From NCBI GenBank assembly GCA_051294905.1, contig CM119372.1:23438001-23498000 (forward strand): a DNA stretch of 60,000 nucleotides, read 5' to 3'. Within the stretch, counting starts at the first letter, position 1. The number at the start of each line of letters is the position of its first letter. Origin of the DNA: Botryllus schlosseri (lineage: Eukaryota). The position numbers were made by a program, and so were the translations under genes. The notes below the pieces were generated by a model. The model was not told the DNA's origin. It made no database searches and was given only the letters and a program-made list of their open reading frames with translations. This document shows, piece by piece, positions 38,176 through 50,994 of this stretch.

Positions 38176-41100
38176 TCGCCAATCTCACTACTACCGTTGT
38201 GCATTGAAAAGCCCAGACTCTAAGTGAGCCGTGCTACATACAAGTCGGCAGCAGAGACAACGATGGGGACGCGTGGTAGGGAGAGAGAAGAGAATGAAAG
38301 TCGCCTGAAAAGGGCGATAAGCGCCACTGCGCTGTGCAAATATAAATAATAAAAATAATAATATTACTGCAGCGATAGCTTCATCTGCTATTATTGACAT
38401 TCCGCAAACTTGATGACGAAATGAAACATAAGCCAATCATTAGGCCGACCATGATAGAATTCATATGTTGGTCTTATACTAAAAGTTTAGCTGGTTATTT
38501 TTCATCTCCCCAACACAACAAATTTCTGTACAAACACTGCAAGAGCTTCACTCATCATAATAATCAATAATCATGCAATCATTATGATGCTACAGATTGC
38601 CAATAAGATAAACCCACCTGATATGCGATAACTGAAGTGCAAGCATTGTTGCAGTCGTCGAACAGCTGTTGTTTTGACTGTTAGGATGAAGTTGAAGACA
38701 ATCTGCCGGAATCAAATTTGTGGTGATAAATATTTTCACCTAACCTTTTTGACAAATGGCCAATCAAAACATTTACTACTCTTTTTAAACTGCCATCAGT
38801 TCATATGCTTTGCAATTCTGCGTGTATACGCCATCGCTCATTGTGATGTTGCGGTGATATAGTCACACGGCCGATTTTCATTAAGAAAACAACGTGACAC
38901 AAAATGAAGGTGCTATTACGAATCTGTATTTAATGCTGCCGAGGCGACTCCAGAAACCATTAGTGTTGGAGGTTGATCTAGGTTTGTTGTCGCCATCTAA
39001 TCACCGCAAGAGGTGTATCACGATAAGTTTGGAAACTTTTGATCGAAAATGGATCGTTGGTATCTCGGTATTAATGAAGGTATTATAACGGCCTGGTGTA
39101 AATTGATCATAACTGACGAAGCACCATTAATTCCCTATAACAACAGGACTTCGTCAACCCAGAAAAAGCGTTGGTCGGTCTGGAGCCCCGAATCCCGATT
39201 AACCGAAGGTCTGGCGAGAAAAGTTCTTTTTACAACTATTCGAAACCCCGCGTTCGTTATATAAGACGTCGCCGTATATGTGTTTTCTAGTCATGCGAAG
39301 CGCGTCAAAATTTTCAAATTAATGACTCAATTTTGTATAGTAATTCCACATGTTTTTGACCCTCTTTCATCCCACATGATCAATTGCTGTGTTGCATGTT
39401 AATATTTCGCGGCCTCCCGCCTGCTATATAGTCAAAATATATTGGAATCGTCCAAACGTACGAGACTATAATCCCAAAGAAAAACTTATTTCGTGAAACG
39501 GATACGATTCCAAGTCAACATTTCTTCACAGGGTGCATTATTTTTTCAGATTACCAACACAGGACTATTCGGCGCCGGCCATTTTGCTGCCAATGTGAAC
39601 AATGGACAGTTGGACATATACATTATACATACATAATTATATAAATCGAAGGTCTCGGCCAACATGTAGTGATCATTTTCGATCAAAGTTTTCCCGTCGA
39701 CAACGTATTTAGAAGCATCCATCACGGAGTATCATATTGGTCGAAAGTTCATGTGTTGGTGTGTTGTGGCGAAGTAACATTCAATTTTCAGTTACCATTA
39801 ATTTATGGATATAGCCTAGCCTACTATCGACCGGTTAATAGCAAAAGTAGTATTTTTGGATCAAGTGACATTGAAGAATTGGCGACTGGCCACCATCCAT
39901 CCTATATTTTGTTAGACTAACTATGATTGAATCTGAATTTTGTTTGACACTTGGGCCATGCCTCGTATGAAAAAAACTATGTCAAGTGCTTACCAGATAT
40001 AGCAAGCCTGGCATGAAGGTATAACGCCGGGGTGGCCAAACTGCAGCCTTTGATTGCGGCTCTTTTATGATTCTAGGTACAAAGTACAATACATGCGTTT
40101 ACGCAGCTTGCTGAGAGGTTTATTATCGAACAATTCATTCTATCAGGCATTAACAATATTCGTATTGTATTCATATTGCTTCTTGCCTTGCCGTACATGT
40201 ACGAATTGGGAAATTTATGTGAATTTTTACAACAGGGTAATAATCCAGCAATTGAACTCTCGAATCGAGTTAACATGAACATTCCATACGCGACAATAGT
40301 GTATTATAGTGATCAAAATTTAACTTGATAATAATTAATCACGGCGGCACAGGTCGCGTTCTACTCCAGGCATACAATGGGGCATACATTTGTGCTTTGT
40401 ACATACTAGCAAAAATTGCAGAATTGAGTTGAGTTCTGGAAGTCCCAGATGCAAAATAGTCGACCCTGAAGAAAAACTGCTTTCCAACTGATTTCTGTTT
40501 TCATGATAACATAGCCTAGTGTGAGTCATTTCATTCCGAATGAAATTTATCAAGTCAAACCATCGTTCAGTGTTAACACATCGACACTTAAAGGAACTCC
40601 TCTGCTCTGCTTTGACGCTCCGGTGGCTATGTCGGGAGCTGAGCCGGAAAGTTGACCTTTTTTTCTTAGTCAACCAACCGCAAAGCCGGAGAAAATTTAC
40701 CATTTTTCCGGATTTTACTACAGAATTATAAGTCGGAAAATTTTGAAAAAGTGTCCTCTTTTCACATTTCCAAAATACGGTAACCCTACTATAGATATAT
40801 AATTCCTAACATGCAGTGCAGTCCATCTTAAGTGCGACTGGATTTGTAACTGACGTTACAGACTAAATTTCTATTTACGGAAACCTTTAACCAGCGGTCA
40901 CAGCGTATAGGTGCTTATACAATAATCTTGGGTGTGAACTGTTGGGTTTGTGTCAAGTTCGAGGATGGTTCGATAAATATTTTGCTGAAGGCAGTAGCAT
41001 CTATTTCGGTTGGATTAAGTAAACAAGGCACCACGGTGCTGGAAACGGATGATTTTACGATATACTGTAATAACTTCACGATAAGAGCGTATACTACGAA

Positions 41101-41589
41101 TGTTTGTATATCACCTCGAAAAGGGTCTCGGTTCCGCCCACTACTATTAATTGATAATGATATTCATAAATTGTTACAAAATTCTTCGCCGTAACCATGA
41201 TACGCAATTTAAGAGGTGTCAACGAACTGGCTATGTGTCACAGGGCATGAGTAACACTCCTTAATCTGGATTATACGCGAGGCATGTTTTCACGTCCCTT
41301 ATAGTACTTTCAAACGTGTAATTGCGTATTTTTGGATTTTAAAAGGCCCATAGACCAACCCTTTTAGAATATTTTATCCTGAATGACTGGGACTTTGTGT
41401 AGTTATTACGTTATCCTAAGTGGGTTGTAAGATCTCTCCACTAGAAAATAGCACAAAATTCGAAAATATATCTTTGTCTGAAACATGAAGCAATTTGAGA
41501 AAGTCATACCTCTTAGCGGAAAATTGTATTTTGTTAAAAACAAATCACGCGACATACGACAAATGTGGTAGTATGACCTCCCTGACAAA

Positions 41590-42528
41590 CAGTGACGTGC
41601 GGTGAGGTTCATGACTGGTGAGGCACGGACCCCCCCCCGACACACACGCACGTATAGTAGCCTACCTGATAAAGAGATCCAAAATGTGAATAACAACAGC
41701 AGCGGGTATAGAAAGCATTTTCTTTGCACACTGATAGCCGTTGCAATTCCACATTATACAATACATGTAGGACTGGTCGCTATTGTGCTAAATTGGCAAG
41801 TTTAGACGGATAATAATTACTATCTCTACAAGTACCGGTATAAATTATTCGAAGCATAAAGCAACGACAATGCAGCCTATGCAAGTAGCTATCACATACC
41901 ATAATTTAACGGAAAATAAATAACAACTACATAAGTAAGGGAATGTATTTGCTCCGCACTACGCATTGACCGTCGCTACTATACGTAATTCCTACAAGAC
42001 TATTGAATTCCGAAATCGATAGCGCGTTTCACTGTGCTGCGATTGTCCAATTGTTAGCGAATAGTGCATGAGGCAAATTCGTTTGTGCCTCACCTAGCTA
42101 TCGTTTCTCTGCGATAGCATTGTTTGTAATGAAGCCGAACGTCACCTGCCTTGGCGATTTTGAGGGGGTTCCGGTGGTCTGACAGTGTTAATATTTGGAT
42201 TTCCGGAATCAGTGTGACGATTGCATTTGATTGATACCAGTTGTTATGAATTCCGAGCTATTTATGATGAATTGCATTGTAGCAGGTGAGGCACGACCCG
42301 CCCGTGCCTCACCTGTGCCGCAACTCTCCTTTCGCGCTGTATTTTTGAATAATAATTATGCAAATTGATGATGTTGTGTAAAAAAATATTCAAATTTAGG
42401 TATTTATAAACATCGATATAAAATATCAATAATCATCGACTCATGGAGGGTTTTCACAATTTTCACTTATTCGCCCTGACGACAGGTGAGGCACTGCCTC
42501 ACCTGCCTCATTGGACCGCACGTCACTG
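41590..42528. mobile_element. hAT-like MITE, family H
   Basis: TIR CAGTGACGTGCGGT...ACCGCACGTCACTG, perfect TSD CTGACAAA, GAGGCA/TGCCTC repeats. Confidence 0.9.
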
Positions 42529-43082
42529 CTGACAAACATACGAGAAGTTCGGTGTTAGATACAGACGTATTCGAACATTGGTACTACGATCATATACAAA
42601 GCTATATATGCTTTAAAGACATTATCTCTCGGTGTGACTGAGTTACATAACTTCGTCCGATCTAAGATGGTCCCAAATTTGTATGATTGCATTCTAAATC
42701 ACGTCAATTTTCCATAAAGTAAGTCACGTTCTGCATGTGAATGCGAATTATAAACTGCGATATATCGTACTTTAGAAATTGGCGGTTTCGAATATAAATC
42801 CATCTTCGCATCACTTATTGAAGATGATGATAGGGTACAGTCATACATAAATGGATGTCAGTATCCATAAAAAGCATCAACCTAGTTGCGCAAATTATAG
42901 CTCGGCAAGCGACGACATACGTTTGTTTGCCGAAAAGGGTACCAAACACTTACGGAGCAGATACGTTTGAAAGTACACGTTTGAAAGTACAGCGGCCTGA
43001 AGATAATTATACGTTTACAATCCCACAACGGAGATTTAAAATGAGATATTTAGCACGGGCGCGGAAGAGAGTTAGCTTATGC

Positions 43083-43815
43083 TAGGGTTGCCATACGTCC
43101 GGAATTTCACTGTTCAAGCTAGCGTCCGGGAGGAATTTCTAAAATATACCAAATGTCCGGAATTTTGAAGACTTGACGTAGGCTCATATTTTTTCGTAAA
43201 TCAACATAAAAACATTATTTTTGGGGCTATTCATGCTGAGGCATGATATTTTTCTTCGCGCTGCGCTCGATTTACTATGACATTTATTGATTTTAATATC
43301 GAGATTACCACCTTCGCAAAAGCTGCAATAAAATATAAATAAAAGCAACCTTCGTTTACTGGAATAAGCCTAATTGAAATCGCAATTATAGGAGAACGGC
43401 ATATTCCTAGAGATCGTTAAGGCCGTTTAAATACTTTATTCAAAGATAGTGGTTCCAAACGTGTGGGTCGTTTGGCTTTATTCTGGGGTTTGCGAATATG
43501 TTGAACGTAATCAGGTTCCAAAATAGCCCGTGAGTAAGTCTGAGAAAAGGTGCTGACTTCTTTTAGCAATCAGTTCGTCAAATTTTGATCTGGGCCACGG
43601 AACATTTTCAAATTGGAGATGGAGTCGCGACCATAAAAGGTTGGAAACCACTGGATCGGTTACCCAAATACAGCCACATACTCCTGAACCGGATCGTGAC
43701 CACCTCTGATCTATGAGCAAAGCTTTTCTAGTGTGACGTCATAACTCATTTTGAAATCCACTAGTGGGCGCTGAAGAGTGTCCGGAATTTGGGTCGCAGA
43801 AATATGGTAACCCTA
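43083..43815. mobile_element. Family E MITE, second copy
   Basis: Same TIRs as 36372-37493, perfect TSD GCTTATGC, colinear interior. Confidence 0.9.
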
Positions 43816-43989
43816 GCTTATGCTAGCCAGTCGATTGTTGTTATTCGCGCAATCAATAGCGTCGCCGAAGTCCTAAGCCTCTTGCTTTCTGCCGTTTTGT
43901 ATGACGTCACGAGCGTAGTGCCCGATCCCGCAGCTTAGACTGCTGACCGATCGATCTCGCCTTCCATGACCACCCAATTTCTTGTTGCT

Positions 43990-44191
43990 TGCTTTTCCCC
44001 TATACCATCTTCTTTACTTTTCATTCAGTGTGCATGCCTCCTCTTTACATCGCCTAGGCCAAGGTGAGTGTCTGATTCCATAGAGTAATCGAAGTCGCTT
44101 CGACACCTTCCTATCGTTTCATTGTATCGCATTTTGTGGTGTATTGAACTGATGAAAATTGCTAATAAACCAATGATGATGATGATGATGA
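43990..44191 (+). mobile_element. Family D retroelement 3' end with (GAT)n tail
   Basis: Closely similar to 9210-9416. Confidence 0.75.
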
Positions 44192-45292
44192 TATCCCTGG
44201 TATTGATGTATATTATGGCTCCTCTCCCCCCGCGTCGCTGTTCTTACGGCGACTAAAAAGCCCAGAAAAAAGACCCGATGAAAGAAGACACTTACAAGGA
44301 ATACAGATTAATATCGAAAAAAGTACTGTGCCATCAGACACTTATAGGTAGATGTGGATACCTGTTTAAGAGACCGAAACTGGTCGTTCGGCATCCTCCC
44401 ATCTGTTCATTACATCGCCTTTGTGTCTTATCGCATTGTACATTGTGTGTGTCTGACGATTATTATTGATATTATCTCTTTATTGACAAATTTTTATAAC
44501 TTCAAAGTCACAACCATGATGTGAATGTGCAGTGTGCACGCAAATTCGTGTCGATAGCGATAGGTCAGTTGTTTTGATTATGGTCTTTTAAACCTGGACT
44601 ATATGATTTCATGCTGATTACTATTACACTGATATTACTATCCAAGTTCCCCGTTTCAACTAAGTATACACAAACGTATATTTTATTTAAGCGATTTTAT
44701 GAAAATGATTCAATCTGAACAAGAAAACTTGGCCCGACGGTAGGTTATGATTGACGTTCTCATATCTCAAGAGCCGTAACGCTTCGCGTGAATCGAGTTC
44801 GAACATTGCTATTCTGTTTCGTCTACAGTCTCATATTCGCCTTGAGTGTATTGTGTGCGTACCATCAAGTGGGGACTAAAGAGACGGGAATTTATCTTGA
44901 AAGCGAGCCAAAAACCACTTTGCACGACTAATTGAGCAGATGAGAACGAAAGTACCCGCAATCATAATTCATATGGATTTGATGAAACCCAACACTGCAT
45001 AAGACTTGAAATCAATAAATTAGACTCGGTGAGCTCTGAAACTAAGACGCAGTCATATTTTACATGATAAACGGGCGATGAAATGCTATTCTAGTTGTAT
45101 TTGATGTATAAACGAGCAAGAATTTTGAGTCGCTATTGCGTGCAAGACGTTGTAAATCAGTTGCCAGAGCTTTGGTCCTAAAAAACTCCTCATGGCAGCG
45201 TCTTTACAAATGTTTTTAGAAAGATGTATGGGACTCAGGAACGGTGACTGCATACTGTCAAATAGTCGCGAAGAACGCCGAATTGTGATGAA

Positions 45293-48200
45293 ATGATGAC
45301 GGCAATAATTACGGGATCAATCATTTTTTGCGAGATCGTGTTTGTATTGGCTGCCGATCTACAGTGGTTGTGAGTTGGCAATGAAAAAATCGAAAACAGG
45401 ATAGTTAGATACAATAAATGCGTTTTTGCAGGACTGCCAGTCACATAGCTGATCGACATGTGGTAATCACAAGAAAATGGTGCAAGCGTACTCCAGGGCT
45501 TGCATCGGGGCAAAGAAAGGTACCATTTCCATTATCATTATCTACCTACATTCTACAATCTAGATACAGCTTCACTATATGCCTATATCGCATATAACGA
45601 ACAATATACTGATAATGACGCATTGATCTAGCAGCCCTATAAAATCAGTAAAGCATGTAACAAACTCATTATATAATGTGTGCAATGGCAGATATGCAAG
45701 GATCACACAATGAGTATGCCAGCGATTATTTCAGCTACAAAATTGGCGATAAAGGCTTGTCAGATTCAAATGGCAGATCGAGATTGGAACTGTACAGTGG
45801 AATCCACTGGACGCTTCAGACACGCCCCGAAATCTGGTGAGTTGTGAATGAACAAGCAATTCTAGAAGAGAAAATTTCTGTTGATGCTGTTGTGAATAAT
45901 GAAAAGCTATACAACTAGGGATGGTGTGAACGCGAGGTTCACGTTCGCGTTCTGTGTGTGAACCTCTGAAATTTAGAGGTTCGCGTTCACAACAGAACCT
46001 TGGTAGGTTCTGCACTGTGAACCTATTTCATATATCACAATTTTCACTTCATTATAACTTTTTTTATTCGAATTTAGTGCATTTCAACTGCGGGCCACTC
46101 TATGCATGGCGCTGGCAGCATGAAAAATCAACACAAAACGATCATGCACCTTGACCATTTCAAAAATTTTACTTGCTTTGTTACAAAAGTTTGCTCGAAA
46201 TATCCAGCTTACCGTTTGTGAATATTTAGTGACTCTCTGCTGTGAGCTTGTCCCGCAATCACAAAACATCACGAGCGAATACTCCATGTAGTCAGCAAAT
46301 GATGCTTATTCAACCAATCAATGCGAGAGAGAGAGAGAGAGAGAGAGAGTCTTTATTTTTCATCAAACCAAAATACATAACACTCGGCAGTGGTGGTGGT
46401 ACAGAAAATATGCATGCACAGTATTCGGTATTAGATAGGAATGATCGATAAGACCGTGAGGGTCATCTAGTCTGATCACACCAGCATCAAAAAAAAAATT
46501 GATATCGTTTTTTGATGTAACAAATCTAGCAGGCGTATAAGAGGTCAATCTTGACTTCATATGTTTATTGTATCATAAAAAACAAATCCGTACGATTGAG
46601 GTGTTGGCTACAGATGTATAACTTGTGGGGTAGCCTAATATCGATAACAAAAAGAAATCTGTTTTACACCCTGCTCAATATCAATGTAGCAATACTCAGA
46701 CGCTGAATACATTGTCCGGTCTGGCCAAGACCGTTACGGCGTAAGCTTATATTCCCGGGCAATTCCTCGTCGAAACTGTTGGCAAAGCGACGGATGTTAT
46801 TGATTTTATGGGAGTATTATATCATTTGATTGCATCAGTTGATACGTTTAGCGACATTTAAAACGCCAATATGTACTTCAGCATTGTGGCATTATGTAGC
46901 CCGAGTCGTCGCTATAGGTCTCGTGTACATTAATATAGGCTATTACTTCATTGAAGGATAGGGTTGGAATTAGCAATATGACGTCGCGTGACGTCATGAG
47001 GTTCACGTTCGTGTTCACACAGAACCTTTCAAAAAGGTTCGCGTTCACACGAACCTGAACCTTTCAGAGGTTCACACCATTCCTAGTACAACCCATTATC
47101 TCGTTTATGTTCTGCAATCTTTTGCAGGTAGTCGAGAATCTGCTCTGATTCACGCTTTGGGATCATCCGCAATAGCATTCACGCTGTCGAAGTATTGCAG
47201 CAGGGGATTAATATCAGATTGTGGATGTGTTGAAGATCCGGGCGCAGAAGTCGACGAAAACTCGGCATTTGCCTGGTCTGGTTGTTCTGATAATGTTGCA
47301 GTTGGAGTTGCATTCGCCGAAGCCTTCATGAAGTCTTGGGATCTCAGCTTATGGAGAACGAAACAGCTCGGCAACAAAGATAAAGGTTCCAGGTGGAAAA
47401 AATTGGGCAAGATACTCGCGAACCTGCGAAATAACGCGGCCGGTACGAACGTAAGTATATATCTGAAACATTTGTGATTTTTGATATATCTGTGATTTTC
47501 GCCAGAGTTCCATTTTGAACATTTCCCATTCCACCATGACTCGAAGCAGACGAAACAGATAGATTCGGGGCCGACGAATCTTGAAAACACCAAACTGCGT
47601 CAATATGTATCTTCAACATTCCCGATCTCTACATTATCAAGCCTGGTACTTACCGAGGGCGTCTAAAATTTGTCACCAATGACGCGACCCCACAGATCAT
47701 TTGTGCCGTAGTGAATATGACTTTCAATAGACCGAGACGCCTATTTCTATTCTATATCTTCAAGCTGCTTAAATGTTCTTCGAAGTGTCATTTTCGTACT
47801 TCAACTTGAAATAGTTTTGGCCGACCTTGAAACTCGCTACTACTGATATAATTGAGCATAATATAACGGTTTAACTGGGTACTAACAATTACGACTTTGA
47901 CCACGTCTGATTATACGTTAGATATTACATCAGAGCCTAAGGAAAAATTGTGCATGTCACGGAATGACAGGGAGTTGTGAAGTAACTACTTGCTGGAAAA
48001 GTCTCCCACCCTTCGCTGTCATCGCAAAATCTTTGAAGATTAAATATGACAAAGCGATTCGCGTGAGTATCACTAGTTGACCCATACAAGAATTTGTCTG
48101 GCATGCAGCAACGGCTTCCGCGTGTATTCAGGTTAGATTGCGGAGAAGTCATTTTGGGGATGGAGCATTTCAGCCAATAAATCGAAGCCTCAATGACATC

Positions 48201-48434
48201 AAAAAGGGTGATTTAATCTTCCTGCGCCGCCCGAAGAAATTTTGCGAAACGAGGGGAAGAGAATGCATGCCGTATTCCTTTGGCCTTGGCTCGTGCGATG
48301 ACCTATGCTGTAACCGAGGATTTCAGACACGAACCCAGATAATTTCCACTCGTTGCCGTTGTCAATTCGTGAATTGTTGTCGGGTAGACTGTGATTCGTG
48401 TTTTAGTGAGGTTCTAGTTCATGTTTGCAAATGA
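45293..48434 (+). CDS. Wnt: Divergent Wnt family ligand (possibly Wnt11-like), 6 exons, ~358 aa
   Basis: Exons 45293-45369 (signal peptide ...DLQWL), 45432-45519 ([14 protein letters not shown]), 45692-45836 (ICK...[15 protein letters not shown]), 47128-47450 ([11 protein letters not shown]...WSGCSDN...NLRNNAAG), 47922-48062 ([17 protein letters not shown]), 48132-48434 (...CCNRGF...[17 protein letters not shown]...HVCK stop). All GT-AG and in frame, with the Wnt cysteine pattern. Confidence 0.95.
45916..47085. mobile_element. Family F MITE filling most of Wnt intron 3
   Basis: TIR TAGGGATGGTGTGAAC...GTTCACACCATTCCTA, flanks ATACAAC/GTACAAC, GGTTCACGTTC/GAACCT repeats, internal (GA)n at ~46325-46349. 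Confidence 0.8.
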
Positions 48435-48523
48435 CGCTGAGGTGACTGAAAATTAGACCCGAACCACACTTTACAATTGTTGTTTTTTTCATTTCCACAA
48501 AGTCAATCAGGTGACAAAATACA

Positions 48524-48529
48524 AATAAA
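48524..48529 (+). terminator. Candidate polyadenylation signal for the Wnt gene
   Basis: AATAAA ~90 nt after the Wnt stop codon. Confidence 0.5.
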
Positions 48530-48649
48530 TAATATATAGATGTGTGAGTATTTCGCCGATGGAATTGAAATGAGAATCTAAAACCATAGCTATCTTAGCT
48601 AAGAGATGAAATTGTGTCCCGGAATCTCATCCACAGATACTAACTACAC

Positions 48650-50720
48650 CGGGGGTCGGCAACCCCCGACACGCCAAATGATTTGACGCAAACGACATAT
48701 TATTATAACCATGCAGCAAGAAGTGAAATAGATGTTTTTAAAATGTACAACGCTCGTAGGCGAGCCAAACTTATCCCGTAAATCTACTTAAATAGTCTTT
48801 GGGGCAGATTTTATTTATCTCGATTTTTTCCGCGCTTCGCGCGATATATTGGAACCTGGTTTCTTGATTAACATGTGGGAACCCAAAAAATATAGATAAT
48901 GTACAGAAATTATATAGGTCCAGCCGTATTAGCAATTATGAAAGAACCTACTATAATATGAAACCGGTTTGGCTGCTTTAGTCTAGGAGTGTGCACTGTG
49001 CAGCGTGAGGAGCGCGACTAATATAAGAACCAGCATTTCGGCGCTGAACATTTTCACGCTATAGAAGACACGACCTGGACATAACGTTTTGGGCAACATG
49101 CGACTCCGTTCAGTGTGTGCGCTGCCAAAATGATTGGCGGCAATAAAACCTTGAAATTAAATAACGGTCGCATGTTGGCCAAAATGTTCGGTCTGAAATG
49201 ACCAGCGACAAACTGTCCAGCGCCCGCAGCTTGAGCCTTACGTATCAAATGAGAGCCGCCGAGGAAAATAATAAGCCCCTGCGTCGAAATGCTACTTTGG
49301 AATCGTGCTCGTCTATAGGAGATACAGGCCTACTTTTAGGTTCGTCTGGTACGTGTAAGCGATATCTGGTCGGAGCAACGACAACCTGTACCGCTTTATC
49401 GCGACCTATATAGGCTTAGCAGACAACGCTAGTGTTTGACCCACCTTAATGTGACATCAAACCGACTTGTATGACGCGCTGATGCAGGAGTGGGAAAATT
49501 TTTCATCATTAGGCTATATCATGGGCGGGCAACTTCTCCACCAGACGGGCCGGATAGGGAAACATGAAGATAAGGTGGGCAGGATTCCTTAAATTTTTTT
49601 CTGAGTTTGGGGGAACTCCCGCCGTGGGTACGCGCCACAGATCCTTCCATCATACCCTGCACTACTCTTTGTACATACGATTCAGAGACACACACATTCT
49701 AGCAGATGCGAACTATATCTGGTATTTGGAGACTAACTCACGGGCGAGTCCAAATCGGTAATATGAATGTGATAAAAAATCAGTGTGCATTTGGCTACCA
49801 GTCGCGCGAAGCGCGAAAGCTTTTTGAATAAATGAATGAATTTGATCAATGATATAGGTGCTTGTATGAGCAAGTGGTTTCTTCGAAAATTTACGGCACG
49901 TAATTATAATTTTGAACATTGATCATGCCATAAGAATATTGTCGCAGATTATTCACTTCGGGCGGGTTTATTCTTATACTTCATTCAAAACTCCTGCAAC
50001 CCAACGGCCTCGGGCCACAACGGCCTCACAATCAAGACACTACGCAGACATACTGATACGCGCGAAGCGCGCGATTTTTTTAGTTTGAATCCATCTGTCC
50101 GAAAATATTATACTCTTTATAGATATTACGAATATTCTCGAAAAAAACGGGTATGGCATAGCCTCATTCGCCCCTGCTACGCCAATGCGATGGACATCAG
50201 GTGTATTGGAACGTTGCTTTGTCTTGCTAATGTTGATGGTCGAAAATGTTTGCGCCCAATTGCATGTAGACGGCGACGCGGGTCACATCATTACGTAAGA
50301 CCGCAGACTGTCGGCGGGCCGCACAAATCCCGTCGCGGGCCGTATGTTGCCCGCCCCTGGGCTATATCATTGTAACAACATTGATTGGCCTGTCACTGAT
50401 TGGATATGGGACCGGACACAGTTGACTTGGAAATGACCAAAGCAACCATAGATAAAAATCGATCATTGCGCGACAAAAAAATAATTGGTGCAAATATTAC
50501 GTACATTTAAGCGTTTGACCGTCTAGTGCGATGGCGACCAATAATTTAAGAATCACTGGTGTAACCGATGCCGTTGCCAGCTGCAGATAAGCGGTTGGTG
50601 GTATTACTTGCTTGAAACGCTAAATATAACAAAATTAAAGACGTTTGGCACGCAAGTGCTAATAATTTCACAGTGTTTCGAAATTTTGGCACGCTGCATA
50701 GAAATGATTGCCGGCCCCTG
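48650..50720. mobile_element. Charlie-like element J1, first unit of a tandem dimer
   Basis: Termini CGGGGGTCGGCAACC...GATTGCCGGCCCCTG. Both ends are colinear with J2. Confidence 0.7.
49520..50359. mobile_element. Charlie-like MITE K1 nested in J1
   Basis: CATGGGCGGGCAAC...GTTGCCCGCCCCTG, perfect TSD GGCTATAT. Confidence 0.85.
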
Positions 50721-50781
50721 TCAGTGGTCGGCAACCTCCGACACGCGAGATGATTTTTCATGGCTCGCCAAATGATTTGAC

Positions 50782-50817
50782 TATAGATTACTAACCTACG
50801 GAGGTTAGTAATCTATA
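50782..50817. mobile_element. 36-bp palindromic micro-element
   Basis: TATAGATTACTAACCT acgg AGGTTAGTAATCTATA, flanked by ATGATTTGAC/ATAATTTGAC. The empty site is visible in J1 at ~48674-48690. Confidence 0.8.
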
Positions 50818-50994
50818 ATAATTTGACGCACACGACATATTAAACAGGGTTTCAGTATGGGTCTCGACCCAAACAAGGGTTGCGAAGGGTGTAATTTTGG
50901 ATCGCGAAGAAACGGAAGTTTTTAAAATGGACAAATCTCGTATAGACTAGAGAACGGCCTTCCCGGACAACTCGGACTTCTTTGAATGGCGGCC

